NCBI GenBank assembly: GCA_002377585.1
Contig: DFQC01000007.1
Coordinates: 84,670-148,669, forward strand
Length of the DNA stretch: 64,000 nucleotides
Direction of reading: 5' to 3'
Source of the DNA: Anaerolineales bacterium UBA3499
GTDB taxonomy: Bacteria; Chloroflexota; Anaerolineae; Anaerolineales; UBA11657
In this document: one piece after another, positions 37,724-47,619 of the stretch
Layout: every line of letters begins with the position of its first letter
Numbering within the stretch: the stretch's first letter is position 1
The notes under the pieces: generated by a model
Told to the model about the DNA's origin: nothing
Databases searched by the model: none
What the model saw: only the letters and a program-made list of their open reading frames with translations
Translations under genes and position numbers: made by a program

Positions 37724-38290
37724 TTATGAGCTTAACGAGAGGAAATTATGTAATAGTATTTTCCCACCTTCGGTTAGTATGCTTTCTGGATGGAATTGTA
37801 CTCCGTAGATTGGATATTCGCGGTGTCTCATTCCCATTAACACGCCGTCACTTGTTCGTGCTTGATCCTCAAGACAATCAGGTAATGGCTCGCTAACTAT
37901 CAGTGAATGATATCTTGTGGCATTAAATGGATTAGGCAAATTTAGAAAAAGGTCAGTACCACTATGGTGTACAACTGAGGTTTTACCATGCATCAACGAG
38001 GGTGCTCGCTCAATTGTTCCATCAAAAGCTACTCCAATTGCTTGGTGACCCAAACAAACTCCTAGAGTTGGTATTGTTTTACCCAGTTCTATAATAGCGT
38101 TTGTAGAGACCCCACTATCACTGGGATCTCCAGGGCCAGGTGAAATAAGTAGGTGTGTAGGCGCCAATTTGTCCAATTTCTTTACAGTGATGCTGTCGTT
38201 ACGATAAACCTGTAACTCTGCACCCATTTCACCTAGGTACTGTACTAAGTTATATGTGAAACTATCATAATTATCGATGACAACTATCAT
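37724..38290 (-). CDS. trpG: Anthranilate synthase component II (glutamine amidotransferase, TrpG/PabA)
   Basis: 188 aa. Has [21 protein letters not shown] (catalytic Cys) and GVQFHPES (His/Glu). Confidence 0.9.
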   Translation of the reverse strand: MIVVIDNYDSFTYNLVQYLGEMGAELQVYRNDSITVKKLDKLAPTHLLISPGPGDPSDSGVSTNAIIELGKTIPTLGVCLGHQAIGVAFDGTIERAPSLMHGKTSVVHHSGTDLFLNLPNPFNATRYHSLIVSEPLPDCLEDQARTSDGVLMGMRHREYPIYGVQFHPESILTEGGKILLHNFLSLSS

Positions 38291-39717
38291 GTGCGGTCTT
38301 TATCCTCCGCTTGTTCCACTGCAAGTGAAATGGCTTTAACTTTGTCTAATGTTTCTTTGTATTCATTGTCTGGATTAGAGTCTGCAACTATACCAGCACC
38401 GGCTTGGGCAGTCACCCATTGATCTTGGACATAGAGTGTTCGTAGTGCTATGCATGTATCCATGGAACCATCGAAACCGACATAACCTACTATGCCAGCA
38501 TATGGACCACGCGGATTTTGCTCTAGCTCGGCTATGATCTGCATAGCTCTTACTTTCGGTGCTCCACTCACTGTGCCCGCTGGAAATGTAGCAGCCAGGA
38601 GATCAAATGCATCCATCTCAGCTCGTAGATCACCCTCAACTTGGCTAACGATATGCATTACGTGGCTGTAACGTTCTACCTGCATCATGTCAGTCAATTC
38701 AACTGAACCGTAATTGCACACTCGACCCAAGTCGTTTCTAGCCAGGTCTATTAACATCACGTGTTCTGCTCGTTCCTTTTCGTCTTCTAGCAACTCAGTT
38801 GCTAAAGCAATGTCTTTCTCCTCAGTACTTCCCCGAGGACGTGTTCCTGCTATCGGTCTCAGAATAGCGCGGTCATTTTCCATGCGCACATGAACCTCGG
38901 GTGAGGCACCAATTAGCTGAAACGGTTTCTCGTTTAGATCACCAAAATCAAAAAAGAACATGTATGGCGAAGGATTTATACGTCTTAACGTGCGATAAAT
39001 TGAGAAAGGATTTGCCCTAGTTTTGTTGGTAAATTTCTGAGATAAAACTACCTGCAAGATATCACCAGCCATTATATGCTCTTTGGCTTTGAGGACCATA
39101 TCCTGGAAACTGGTTTTTGTGTGAGACTGCTGGCTGGCTGATTCGGACTCAAATATATCTGAAGTTTTAGGCAAAGGCATGGTCAGTTTGTGTTCGATAG
39201 CGTTGAGACGTTCATTGGCTACCTTTTTTTCAGAGGTGGAGTTTTCCTCAGCATATGTAATCGCCAATAGTCGACCACGAGTATGGTCAAATGCTAACAA
39301 CGTGTCACAAAGCAGAAAAATGCCATCGGGTAATTCGTGTAGAGGTAAATCAACATTTGGTTCGAAGTATCGCACTGCATCATAGCTCAAATATCCAACT
39401 AAACCACCTACTAAACGAGGTAAACCAGGGGGTGGATCTTTACTGTATGATGCAAGCGCATTTCTTAATGTAGAGAAAGGGTCACCAGTATGCGTAGTTG
39501 TTGATTTTAAGTCTGGTCCCGAGTGAACAGTAGTAGTCTGATCACGAATCACAAATGCAGTGCTAGGCTGTAATCCGATGAAGGAATAACGGGCTACGTT
39601 TTCTCCACCAGTTACGCTTTCTAACAAGAATGTTGGCCCTTCACCAGACAACTTAAGATAAGTTGAGACTGGAGTTTCCAGGTCAGCAATTATTTCGCGT
39701 GTTATCGCTTTTAGCAT
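38287..39717 (-). CDS. trpE: Anthranilate synthase component I
   Basis: 476 aa. Has LESV (Trp-feedback region LLES), [15 protein letters not shown] and GAGIVADS motifs. 4-nt overlap with trpG. Confidence 0.9.
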   Translation of the reverse strand: MLKAITREIIADLETPVSTYLKLSGEGPTFLLESVTGGENVARYSFIGLQPSTAFVIRDQTTTVHSGPDLKSTTTHTGDPFSTLRNALASYSKDPPPGLPRLVGGLVGYLSYDAVRYFEPNVDLPLHELPDGIFLLCDTLLAFDHTRGRLLAITYAEENSTSEKKVANERLNAIEHKLTMPLPKTSDIFESESASQQSHTKTSFQDMVLKAKEHIMAGDILQVVLSQKFTNKTRANPFSIYRTLRRINPSPYMFFFDFGDLNEKPFQLIGASPEVHVRMENDRAILRPIAGTRPRGSTEEKDIALATELLEDEKERAEHVMLIDLARNDLGRVCNYGSVELTDMMQVERYSHVMHIVSQVEGDLRAEMDAFDLLAATFPAGTVSGAPKVRAMQIIAELEQNPRGPYAGIVGYVGFDGSMDTCIALRTLYVQDQWVTAQAGAGIVADSNPDNEYKETLDKVKAISLAVEQAEDKDRT

Positions 39718-39825
39718 TGTGGCAACCAGGTTTTATAGTATATATATTCAAATTATGTAAATCTGATACCGATATAGTCCCTATTGAGACTGGTTTCTCT
39801 ATTCATCTGCTCTACTCAAATTAAC

Positions 39826-39858
39826 ATAAAAACCCCCACTATCAGACAACGGGGGTTC
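39826..39858 (-). terminator. Intrinsic terminator hairpin of the trp leader (attenuator)
   Basis: The minus strand reads GAACCCCC-GUUGUCUGAUAGU-GGGGGUUUUUAU. This is a G/C stem (plus-strand 39833-39837 pairing with 39851-39855) followed by a U-run, about 110 nt upstream of the trpE ATG. Confidence 0.55.
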
Positions 39859-40125
39859 ACTAGCCAGCCTCACTTATTTGCAGGTACGATCTTGTTAGAG
39901 AGTTGGAGACTCCAACCTGATGATACCCTCAGCCTAGATAACGGTGGCGACTCCGGCTAAAGCTACTAGGATGTTACGGTGTTTATGTACCGGCGTAGCG
40001 GAGAGGCCACGCACATCCGTTCACTCAGCGACTCAGAGACCCATTCGGTGCTTACATTTGGTCGGGTTTTTCAGCTATCACCCGCTCTCTGTACCATTTG
40101 TATAGCACTTACTATTTCTCTTCAG
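39826..40125 (-). promoter_or_regulatory. T-box riboswitch leader, probable tRNA-Trp specificity, controlling trpEGDCFBA
   Basis: Minus-strand motifs in the canonical order:
- CAGAGAGCGGGUGAUAGC (AGAGA box plus GGUG distal-loop-like element; AGAGAG = 40085-40090)
- GAA-UGG-G specifier-like triplet (UGG = 40041-40043)
- CCGUAA (F-box-like)
- a perfect hairpin AGUUGG-AGUCU-CCAACU (39901-39917)
- AGUGAGGCUGGCUAGUG with a UGGC element (39863-39866), complementary to a tRNA GCCA 3' end
- the terminator
I could not fold a convincing antiterminator by hand. Confidence 0.6.
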
Positions 40126-40177
40126 TGTCTTTTATTGTAAATTGTGGTTCTTTTTATACTTTAATACTTAGCAATTG

Positions 40178-40453
40178 TCAATGCAAATTCTTTTGATGAC
40201 TTTCAATTAAAGCTAACTTTCGAGACCGTTTCCAGCGTTTGATAGCAGCTTCGCGCTGCATAGCTGCTGATTTAGTAGGATGTTCTTCTGTAAAGACCAT
40301 CTCCACTGGTCTGTGCATACGTGTGTATTTTCCACCGCGTCCAGCAGTATGTTCTGACAAGCGTCGTTCTAAATCAGTGGTCCAACCTGTGTAAAGACTA
40401 TTATCATTGCATCGGAGAATATATACATATGCATTTACAGCTGTCTTACCCAT
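40178..40453 (-). CDS. GIY-YIG domain protein (small stand-alone, UPF0213-like)
   Basis: 91 aa. Has YVYILRCNDNSLYTGWTTDLERRLSEH and the E...A...E..IK..R.KK pattern typical of GIY-YIG nuclease-superfamily proteins. Confidence 0.8.
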   Translation of the reverse strand: MGKTAVNAYVYILRCNDNSLYTGWTTDLERRLSEHTAGRGGKYTRMHRPVEMVFTEEHPTKSAAMQREAAIKRWKRSRKLALIESHQKNLH

Positions 40454-40455
40454 AA

Positions 40456-41115
40456 TTAATTTAAAAGTAGACCTAAAATCAGCTGGTATGGTGGTCCTAA
40501 TATTAATCCCAGTAAGTTGAAGTTGAAAATTGAACCCGCTACAATTAGAAGCATAAGCATTAAGGGGCCTTGTCCTTGATAGCGTGCTATCACTGTGGCT
40601 ATTTCATATGGTAACAGCCCTACGGTGACTTGATATCCATCAAGAGGTGAAATGGGAATAAGGTTAAATAGCATTAATAGTATGTTTAGGCTGACAAACA
40701 AAAACAAGAAATAGTAAGATATTTCAGTTTGGACAAGCCCTAAGCGATAAAGTATGGAACCGATATAAGCTAATAGAAGATTTGATGCCGGACCAGCTGC
40801 AGCTACAACGGCCATCCCCGTCCGTGGGTCACCTTTAAAATTGCGAGGATCAGTATACACAGGTTTTCCCCATCCGAAACCTGCAATTAGAAACATAATT
40901 GAGCCGAATGCATCCAAATGTTTGCGAGGATCAAGTGTGAGCCGTCCTTGGGATCGAGGTGTAGGGTCTCCCAACCAATCTGCTGCTAGCGCATGGGCAA
41001 ATTCGTGAACGCTAATAGCTAAAATCAATATTATGATTCTTGACAAGTATAGGATAGGGTCAAAATTATCTAGCAGCATTAGTTTTATACCTCGAGAATG
41101 AATTATATCAGTCAT
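40456..41115 (-). CDS. Site-2 protease family (peptidase M50) membrane metalloprotease
   Basis: 219 aa, polytopic. Has the HEFAHALAA (HExxH) motif and the NL.PI.PLDG second metal-ligand motif. Confidence 0.8.
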   Translation of the reverse strand: MTDIIHSRGIKLMLLDNFDPILYLSRIIILILAISVHEFAHALAADWLGDPTPRSQGRLTLDPRKHLDAFGSIMFLIAGFGWGKPVYTDPRNFKGDPRTGMAVVAAAGPASNLLLAYIGSILYRLGLVQTEISYYFLFLFVSLNILLMLFNLIPISPLDGYQVTVGLLPYEIATVIARYQGQGPLMLMLLIVAGSIFNFNLLGLILGPPYQLILGLLLN

Positions 41116-41145
41116 TGCTAAGTTATAATCAGCTTATACCTAATC

Positions 41146-41334
41146 ATGAAACCTGACATAGCATTAAAACTTGACCAAAACGTACACCTACGAAAACCTC
41201 ATCCATGTGGTGGTTACAAGTGGCAGATTGTACGATTAGGCGCAGACATTGGATTGAGATGTCTCACTTGTCAGCGTAGAGTGTTGCTGTCGCGCCGCGC
41301 ATTGGCTAAGCAAATTAAACGGATTGAGGAATGA
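41146..41334 (+). CDS. DUF951-family small protein
   Basis: 62 aa. [35 protein letters not shown] matches the KKPHPCG...W.I.R.G.DIR.KC..C motif of Bacillus YyzM-like DUF951 proteins. Confidence 0.8.
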   Translation: MKPDIALKLDQNVHLRKPHPCGGYKWQIVRLGADIGLRCLTCQRRVLLSRRALAKQIKRIEE

Positions 41335-41350
41335 TTGTGAGAGCCATGCT

Positions 41351-42466
41351 ATGAAGGTGACTATTCTTATGTCGGACACAGGTGGTGGCCACCGTTCCGT
41401 AGCTACTGCGGTTGAATCGGCACTTGTGACTGAGAATCCAGAAATAAGTGTGGAATTGGTTGATGGCTTGTTGGATTACGCACCGTTTCCCTTTAATCGC
41501 CTACCAGATTGGTATCCTACTATCATAGCGCGTTTTATTGGTTTGTGGCGGTATGGTTATTGGCTGAGCGATGACCCACTACGAGCGCGTTTTGTAAATC
41601 TTCTAATCCGACCATTTTTTCGTTCTTCAGTTCATAGATTTGTACAACAGCATAAGTGTGATTTGTTGGTTAGCACACATCCTATGTTAGTGACCTCAAT
41701 ATTGGATGGTCTCGATGTGATGCGTCCACCATTTGTTACTGTGGTCACAGATTTGGTAACAGCCCATGCTTGGTGGTTTGATAAACGAGCAGATTTGACC
41801 TTGGTTCCGACTGAAGCAGCAAGGGTTAAAGCGTTGGAATGTGGGATTGCACCTGAATTAGTGCAAGTAGTAGGACTTCCAGTATCTGAGTCTTTCAGTA
41901 GGACATTGAAAAAGAAACTGGCACGCGAAAAGTTGGGTTGGGACTCGACTGCTTTTACAGTCGTCTTGATGACCGGTGCAGAGGGTATGGAACCTTTATG
42001 GAGTATTGCTAACGCTTTGCGAATTAGTAATATGTCTTTGCAACTGGTAATAGTATGTGGCAGAAATGAACGAATATTGGCAGAATTAAAAAATCTGGAT
42101 TGGCCTTTTGATACTCATTTATATGGGTTTGTGGACAATATGTCCGTAATTATTAGAGGTGCAGATGCTGTCATTACAAAAGCTGGTCCGTCTACTGTAA
42201 TTGAAGTTCTAAACTGTGGCAGACCACTATTGTTATGTGGAGCTATTCCTGGTCAGGAAGATGGCAACGTAAATTATGTTGTGGAAAACAATTTAGGATG
42301 GTGGACCCCATATCCGCAAGACATACTTGCTAGATTGAGGCTATTGCATGGAAAGAATACAAAAGGTGTCGATAGTGTGTCCGGAGTGATAGACAAGTCA
42401 CTTGTTACAAGATCTGCAAGTACTGTAGCATCCAAAATAATTGGTCTTCTGTCAAAACCAGTATAA
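41351..42466 (+). CDS. Diacylglycerol glycosyltransferase, MGDG-synthase/UgtP-like (GT28 family)
   Basis: The ORF track begins at a TTG (41324). I prefer the ATG at 41351, which gives MKVTILMSDTGGGHRS, the typical N-terminus of this family. C-terminal ITKAGPSTV.E and GQE.GN motifs are present. Confidence 0.8.
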   Translation: MKVTILMSDTGGGHRSVATAVESALVTENPEISVELVDGLLDYAPFPFNRLPDWYPTIIARFIGLWRYGYWLSDDPLRARFVNLLIRPFFRSSVHRFVQQHKCDLLVSTHPMLVTSILDGLDVMRPPFVTVVTDLVTAHAWWFDKRADLTLVPTEAARVKALECGIAPELVQVVGLPVSESFSRTLKKKLAREKLGWDSTAFTVVLMTGAEGMEPLWSIANALRISNMSLQLVIVCGRNERILAELKNLDWPFDTHLYGFVDNMSVIIRGADAVITKAGPSTVIEVLNCGRPLLLCGAIPGQEDGNVNYVVENNLGWWTPYPQDILARLRLLHGKNTKGVDSVSGVIDKSLVTRSASTVASKIIGLLSKPV

Positions 42467-43443
42467 TGGTCACAGGGTTAAATTTTATTATGCAAGATGG
42501 ATTGCGGTCGGTAAATGTGCAACATGATTTACCCGAAATAGCTAAATTAATTGAGTTGTGCTTTGGAGACGTATTAGATGAAAGTGGCCGTGCTGCTATA
42601 CGTGAAATGCGCACTATGAGTAAAGCAGGTCCTTTTCTTTGGCTGATGTCTTGGTTTCCGATAGGTAATCCTTCATGGCAACATGGATTTGTCTACGTAA
42701 GTTCAGGTCTTGTAGTTGGTAATATTGGCGCACAACCAATTAGTAGTGCAATGGACACTTGGCTGATTGCCAATGTGGCTGTGCATCCGGATTATCGTAG
42801 GCAAGGTATTGCTCAACAATTAGTTGAAGCAGCGCTGGAGTCTGTCGCTAGCAAGGGTGCTACACGTGTTATATTGCAGGTAGATATTGACAATAATGAC
42901 GCTGCTAATCTTTATACAAAAATTGGGTTTGAGACTCTGACTGTTCGTACGCTTTGGCAGCGCCAAGGTAAACACTTAACAGATTACAGGCCTTTCCAGG
43001 ATCCAATGAGAATACGACAGGCTTTGCGTGATGATTGGCCGTTGGAATATTCGCTTCTAAACAAATATAGTCCTGAAGGTCTTACATGGACTGCACCATT
43101 ACAGATAGAACATTTGCGACCTTCAATATTTAGGGATATTGGCCATTTGATCACTGGCAATCAAGAAGAACGGTGGCTTATCTTGCGTTTTGGAGAGTTA
43201 ATAGGATGGATCTATATACTGTCTGGACCAGGTGTTGCGGACCAGATTAGGTGGGTTATATCTCCGCAATGGCGTTCTGACTTAGAACATGAATTGCTTA
43301 AATACGCACTTAATAGGTTGGGTAATTCAAGTAGTCATGTTTGGATCGAACATCCTGATGGTGAGGCTAACAAATTTCTTCATCAACACTTCTTTGAATC
43401 GACACGAACTTTAAGATGGATGCAAATCGATTTGCCGGTATGA
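42466..43443 (+). CDS. GNAT-family N-acetyltransferase (N-terminal GNAT domain plus ~150-aa C-terminal extension)
   Basis: 325 aa. Has VAVHPDYRRQGIAQQLVEAAL (acetyl-CoA motif A, R/Q-x-x-G-x-A) and NNDAANLYTKIGFE. The start overlaps the upstream stop (TAATG). Confidence 0.75.
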   Translation: MVTGLNFIMQDGLRSVNVQHDLPEIAKLIELCFGDVLDESGRAAIREMRTMSKAGPFLWLMSWFPIGNPSWQHGFVYVSSGLVVGNIGAQPISSAMDTWLIANVAVHPDYRRQGIAQQLVEAALESVASKGATRVILQVDIDNNDAANLYTKIGFETLTVRTLWQRQGKHLTDYRPFQDPMRIRQALRDDWPLEYSLLNKYSPEGLTWTAPLQIEHLRPSIFRDIGHLITGNQEERWLILRFGELIGWIYILSGPGVADQIRWVISPQWRSDLEHELLKYALNRLGNSSSHVWIEHPDGEANKFLHQHFFESTRTLRWMQIDLPV

Positions 43444-43564
43444 AAGCTCAAAAATGGCTGATTATATGAGTAATTGAATTAATATTCATATGTAATTCAA
43501 ATGAAATTGGTTGACAATGTAGTGGATACTTGGTGATTACAGATATATATGGTGAGTAACTAAA

Positions 43565-44494
43565 GTGGAATATCAAGATTACTATAAGACCTTGGGCGTT
43601 TCTCGGTCTGCAAGCAATAAGGATATTAAGAAAGCCTATCGGCAGTTGGCACGCAAATATCATCCAGACCTTCGACCTGATGATAAATCTGCTGAACAGA
43701 CACTAAAGACGATTAATGAAGCTTATGATGTGTTAGGTAATCCTGAAAAGCGTTCTAAATATGATCGTCTTGGTGCTAGTTGGTATCATCATCAATCTCG
43801 AGGGGGGCGACCTGGGGGATTTGATTGGTCAAATTGGGCGTCGCAGGGACAACCCAGACAAGGTTCATTTAATTATGGCGATTTGTTTGGTCAAGGTGTA
43901 CCTCAAGGAGGCTTCTCGGATTTTTTTAATACCATATTTGGGGCAACCGGATCACAGGCTAATGTTCCGGGGATGGACATGAATACTTCTAAGGATATGG
44001 TTAGTGAAGCAACAATAACGTTGGCGGAGGCATACACAGGTGCTGTTCGCAGGTTGTCAAAAGGTAACCGATCAATTGATGTTAAGATACCTCCAGGTGC
44101 CAAAACTGGAACGCGTGTACGTATATCTGGTCAAGGTCCTAGTAGGCAAGATGGCTATAAAGGCGATCTGTATCTAAGAGTACGAGTACGACCTGACAAA
44201 CGATTTGAGAGAAAGAATGATGATTTGTATTTGAGGCTTCCTGTAGATTTGTTTGTGGCAGTGCTGGGTGGAGAAGTTGTAGTGCCTACTTTAGACGGAA
44301 ATTTGTCGCTGTCAGTTCCCGCGGGCAGTCAAGGTGGTCAAACCATACGTTTGAAAGGTAAAGGTATGCCTAATCTTAGGAATTCTAGTGAATTTGGTGA
44401 TTTATATGTACGTTTGCAGCTGCAGATACCAACTCAATTATCCGATAAGGAAAGGTCTCTTTGGGAAGAGCTTAACCGGCTTCGAAGAAGCTAG
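43565..44494 (+). CDS. DnaJ-class co-chaperone without zinc finger (CbpA-like)
   Basis: 309 aa with a GTG start. J-domain DYYKTLGVSRSASNKDIKKAYRQLARKYHPD, a G/F-rich region and C-terminal DnaJ_C repeats. No CxxCxGxG zinc-finger motifs. Confidence 0.85.
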   Translation: MEYQDYYKTLGVSRSASNKDIKKAYRQLARKYHPDLRPDDKSAEQTLKTINEAYDVLGNPEKRSKYDRLGASWYHHQSRGGRPGGFDWSNWASQGQPRQGSFNYGDLFGQGVPQGGFSDFFNTIFGATGSQANVPGMDMNTSKDMVSEATITLAEAYTGAVRRLSKGNRSIDVKIPPGAKTGTRVRISGQGPSRQDGYKGDLYLRVRVRPDKRFERKNDDLYLRLPVDLFVAVLGGEVVVPTLDGNLSLSVPAGSQGGQTIRLKGKGMPNLRNSSEFGDLYVRLQLQIPTQLSDKERSLWEELNRLRRS

Positions 44495-44565
44495 ACTAAC
44501 GTCATTGTCAAGATACATTGATTTATTGGTATATGACCATCAGGATGCTAGTGTAATACACTATA

Positions 44566-44594
44566 TTGTTAGTGCTATGATACAATATTATAAT
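44566..44594 (+). promoter_or_regulatory. Candidate sigma70-type promoter TTGTTA-N17-TATAAT for tRNA-Gln
   Basis: TTGTTA at 44566-44571, an exact 17-nt spacer and a consensus TATAAT at 44589-44594. This places the start about 10 nt upstream of the mature tRNA 5' end. Confidence 0.5.
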
Positions 44595-44610
44595 GTTAGC
44601 TGTTAGCCTT

Positions 44611-44681
44611 TGGGCCGTGGTGCAATGGTAGCACATCGGTCTTTGGAACCGTAGATCCTGGTTCGAATCCAGGCGGCCCAG
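44611..44681 (+). tRNA. tRNA-Gln (anticodon UUG)
   Basis: Hand-folded. Acceptor UGGGCCG/CGGCCCA (U1-A72 as in bacterial tRNA-Gln), D arm GUGC-AAUGGUA-GCAC, anticodon loop CU[UUG]GA, T arm CCUGG-UUCGAAU-CCAGG, discriminator G. One U-U mismatch at the top of the anticodon stem. CCA is not encoded. Confidence 0.85.
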
Positions 44682-44810
44682 CCTAAACTATATTCCAAAC
44701 CCACTAATTGTGAACGACGATCCCCCAAGTAGTTATAGAGATTATCCAGAATTTATTGTTTCTAGTAGGCTGTTATGCTGCTGGATTTCATGTTCGATGT
44801 ACTCTCAAAT

Positions 44811-46190
44811 ATGTCTATAAAAACTGCATCTGTGATATTAGCTGCGGGTAAGGGTACGCGTATGTGTTCGAATGTTCCAAAAGTTTTGCATACTTTGGCA
44901 GGTCGACCACTAATGGAATATGCTTTGGATTTAGGCCTGGGTATTTGTAATATGACGCCAATCGTAGTCGTAGGATTTGAGTCTGAGAAGGTGCAAGAAT
45001 GTATTGGGGATCGCGCTACAGTGGTTATTCAAGAAGAACAGTTAGGCACGGGTCACGCTTTGAATGAGACAGCAGAAGTGCTTCGTGAACGGGCGGACAT
45101 GGTTTTGGTATGGGCTGCTGATATGCCTTTGCTTACTAAAGAGATGCTGGAATCTGTAATAAATGTCCAGGCTGAAAATGAAGGTCCTATTTCTATTATT
45201 ACGGCTATATCAAATGATGATCGTGGATTTGGCAGGGTCATTCGATCCCAGCTAGGTGAAGTACAAGCGATTGTAGAAAAATCAGATGCAACCGCAGAGC
45301 AGCTTTCTATAAATGAGCTTAATGTTGGCGTTTATTGTTTTCAGTCATCTTGGTTATGGGATGAATTATCTGCTCTAAAACCTTCTTCCAATGGGGAATA
45401 CTATTTGACTGATTTGATCAAATCAGCATCCTTACAGAATCAGAATATTGGAGTTGTTACAACTACTGCTGTAGATGAAATAATAGGTATTAACACACGG
45501 ATACATTTAGCAGAAGCCGAGACCGCTATAAGAACTCGCATAAATAATAGCTGGATGGAGCGCGGTGTAACATTAATTGATCCTGCCAATACTTATATAG
45601 AGGCGAGTGTGAAAATTGGCTTGGATACTGTTGTGTTGCCCAACACACACTTGCAAGGAAATACTGTTATTGGGTCGGAATGTACAATAGGTCCTAATAG
45701 TACAATTCAAAACTCTGTAATTGGTGATCGCTGCCAAATCGCGTCTTCGGTACTTGACCGAGCTAAACTAGAAAATGATGTTGATGTAGGGCCATTTGGG
45801 CATCTAAGGGCTGGTACACATCTGGACAGCGGTGTGCATATAGGCAATTTTGGAGAGGTAAAGAACTCATATCTTGGTCCAGATGTGAAAATGGGTCACT
45901 TTTCATATGTTGGTGATGCTACTATAGGTGCACGTACTAATATAGGAGCAGGATCTATTACGTGTAATTATGGTATGGATAGAAACAAACATCGAACTGA
46001 AATTGGAGAGGATGTTTTCATAGGAAGTGATACCATGTTAGTAGCGCCATTACGGATAGGTTCTAAGGCTAGAACTGGTGCTGGGTCAGTTGTTACCAAG
46101 GATTTACCAGATGGCAGTTTGGCAGCAGGTGTACCGGCACGTATTATTTCAAGAGAGGTTGATGATCACATCTCATCAAGGGATGAATAA
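44811..46190 (+). CDS. glmU: Bifunctional UDP-N-acetylglucosamine pyrophosphorylase / glucosamine-1-phosphate N-acetyltransferase
   Basis: The ORF track starts at 44775. I prefer the ATG at 44811, giving MSIKTASVILAAGKGTRM (the LAAGKGTRM signature at the expected distance from the N-terminus). The C-terminal left-handed beta-helix hexapeptide repeats are present. Confidence 0.9.
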   Translation: MSIKTASVILAAGKGTRMCSNVPKVLHTLAGRPLMEYALDLGLGICNMTPIVVVGFESEKVQECIGDRATVVIQEEQLGTGHALNETAEVLRERADMVLVWAADMPLLTKEMLESVINVQAENEGPISIITAISNDDRGFGRVIRSQLGEVQAIVEKSDATAEQLSINELNVGVYCFQSSWLWDELSALKPSSNGEYYLTDLIKSASLQNQNIGVVTTTAVDEIIGINTRIHLAEAETAIRTRINNSWMERGVTLIDPANTYIEASVKIGLDTVVLPNTHLQGNTVIGSECTIGPNSTIQNSVIGDRCQIASSVLDRAKLENDVDVGPFGHLRAGTHLDSGVHIGNFGEVKNSYLGPDVKMGHFSYVGDATIGARTNIGAGSITCNYGMDRNKHRTEIGEDVFIGSDTMLVAPLRIGSKARTGAGSVVTKDLPDGSLAAGVPARIISREVDDHISSRDE

Positions 46191-47424
46191 TTTCATTTTC
46201 GTACTAGCAATATTTTTAGTGAGCGTGTTTCTGTCAGTCATAAGGACTGTATTTCTTAGTGTTTCAGCTAATGATTTTGAAGATGCTCTTGAGAGTGGTG
46301 ATACTGGAGCTAGAATTGCTCGAATGGTACTAGATGATGCTACTCGTCTGCATATTACTTTGCGATTATTACATGGCCTTGCCAATGCATTGTTTACTGG
46401 ATATTTGTTGTGGGCATTGATTCCTGTATTTGTAACGGTAGGTCATGCACAGATTTTGTTACTGGCATTCATATCTTCTTTGTCGTTATTAGTGCTAGCG
46501 GAGATGGTTCCACAGTCTTTGGTGGTGAATATACCTGCATTATGGGCAATTCGGTTAGCTCCAGCAATGTTGGGTTTGACTTGGATGTTTAGTCCAATCA
46601 CTAGTTTGCTCCAATTCGTTGCCAAACGTTTAGGTGCACCTTTAAGTGAGCGTGAGCGTTTGTTAGTAACCCCAGACGAGATAAAGGATTTAGTAGATGC
46701 TGGTGAGGAGGGTGGCTCTATTGAGCAGGACGAACGTCAAATGATCCACTCCGTTTTTCAGTTTAGTGATACTCTGGTGCGAGAGGTTATGATACCGCGC
46801 ATTGATGTTTTGGCTCTTGATGTTGAAACTACATTATCGGAAGCTCATATGGCAGTTGTAGAAAATGGATACAGTAGAATACCTATTTATGATCAAACAG
46901 TTGATAACATAATTGGTTTGCTTTATGCTAAGGATTTACTCGCAGCTCAAAATAACAGTGAAGAAAGTCCTGTATTAAGAGATATGCTCCGCAAGCCATT
47001 TTTTGTTCCGGAAACAAAAAAAATCGATGCTTTATTGCCTGAGTTACAGGGTCAACGGATGCATATGGCAATAGTAGTTGATGAATATGGTGGAATGGCA
47101 GGAGTAGTGACTCTCGAAGATTTAGTGGAGGAGCTTATAGGTGAGGTCCAGGATGAATATGATTTGGAGGAAGATATTCCATTTAAGCAAACTGGTGAAC
47201 ATGAATATTTGGTGCAGGGTCGCATCGATATTGATGATTTAAACCGTAAGCTACAAACTGACATAGACGGTGGAGATTCAGATACGCTTGCAGGCTACAT
47301 TTTTGAGAAGCTTGGTAGGGTTCCAGTATTAGGAGAGAGCATAGAAGTTAATGGTTTTATGCTAGAAGTGCATCAGGTAGTTGAGCGTCAGATTAGATGG
47401 GTTCGTGTATTACATCGGACCTAA
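46183..47424 (+). CDS. CNNM/CorC-HlyC family protein (DUF21 membrane domain + CBS pair + CorC_HlyC domain)
   Basis: The longest ORF (46078) overlaps glmU by 113 nt. The ATG at 46183 (ATGAATAA overlapping the glmU stop) starts directly at the first TM segment. Has the REVMIPRIDV... CBS region and a C-terminal E.....V.....I..V domain. Confidence 0.85.
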   Translation: MNNFIFVLAIFLVSVFLSVIRTVFLSVSANDFEDALESGDTGARIARMVLDDATRLHITLRLLHGLANALFTGYLLWALIPVFVTVGHAQILLLAFISSLSLLVLAEMVPQSLVVNIPALWAIRLAPAMLGLTWMFSPITSLLQFVAKRLGAPLSERERLLVTPDEIKDLVDAGEEGGSIEQDERQMIHSVFQFSDTLVREVMIPRIDVLALDVETTLSEAHMAVVENGYSRIPIYDQTVDNIIGLLYAKDLLAAQNNSEESPVLRDMLRKPFFVPETKKIDALLPELQGQRMHMAIVVDEYGGMAGVVTLEDLVEELIGEVQDEYDLEEDIPFKQTGEHEYLVQGRIDIDDLNRKLQTDIDGGDSDTLAGYIFEKLGRVPVLGESIEVNGFMLEVHQVVERQIRWVRVLHRT

Positions 47425-47619
47425 TTATCAAACTTGTTGCAAAAAGCAAAAATTAATATTTGACAAATCTAAAAAAAATCAATCTAATTTGTTTGATAGC
47501 GCATCCTAGTAATATTGTTTAGATTTTTTTATTCAACAAATCGCTCCTAGAATTGTTGCTAGTTATTACCATGGCGTGTAGGACCAGTATCTTTGTATCA
47601 ACATTGCAATATTTCAGAA

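Noticed and set aside
39830-40130. GC-richer structured spacer considered as a plus-strand ncRNA (SRP RNA, tmRNA, RNase P RNA or 6S RNA)
   Set aside because: I found no RNase P GGAAAGUCCGG-type box, no tmRNA tRNA-like ends or tag ORF, and no SRP GGAA/AGCA tetraloop helix-8 signature. The minus-strand reading explains the region as a T-box leader plus terminator directly upstream of trpE.
43470-43502. GTAATTGAATT / GTAATTCAAAT repeats upstream of the CbpA-like J-protein gene, considered as a heat-shock operator (CIRCE or HAIR); also TTGACA at 43511-43516 considered as a promoter
   Set aside because: The sequence matches neither CIRCE (TTAGCACTC-N9-GAGTGCTAA) nor HAIR (CTTGAGT-N7-ACTCAAG). The repeats are direct rather than inverted and are AT-rich. 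The TTGACA has no acceptable -10 at 16-18 nt.
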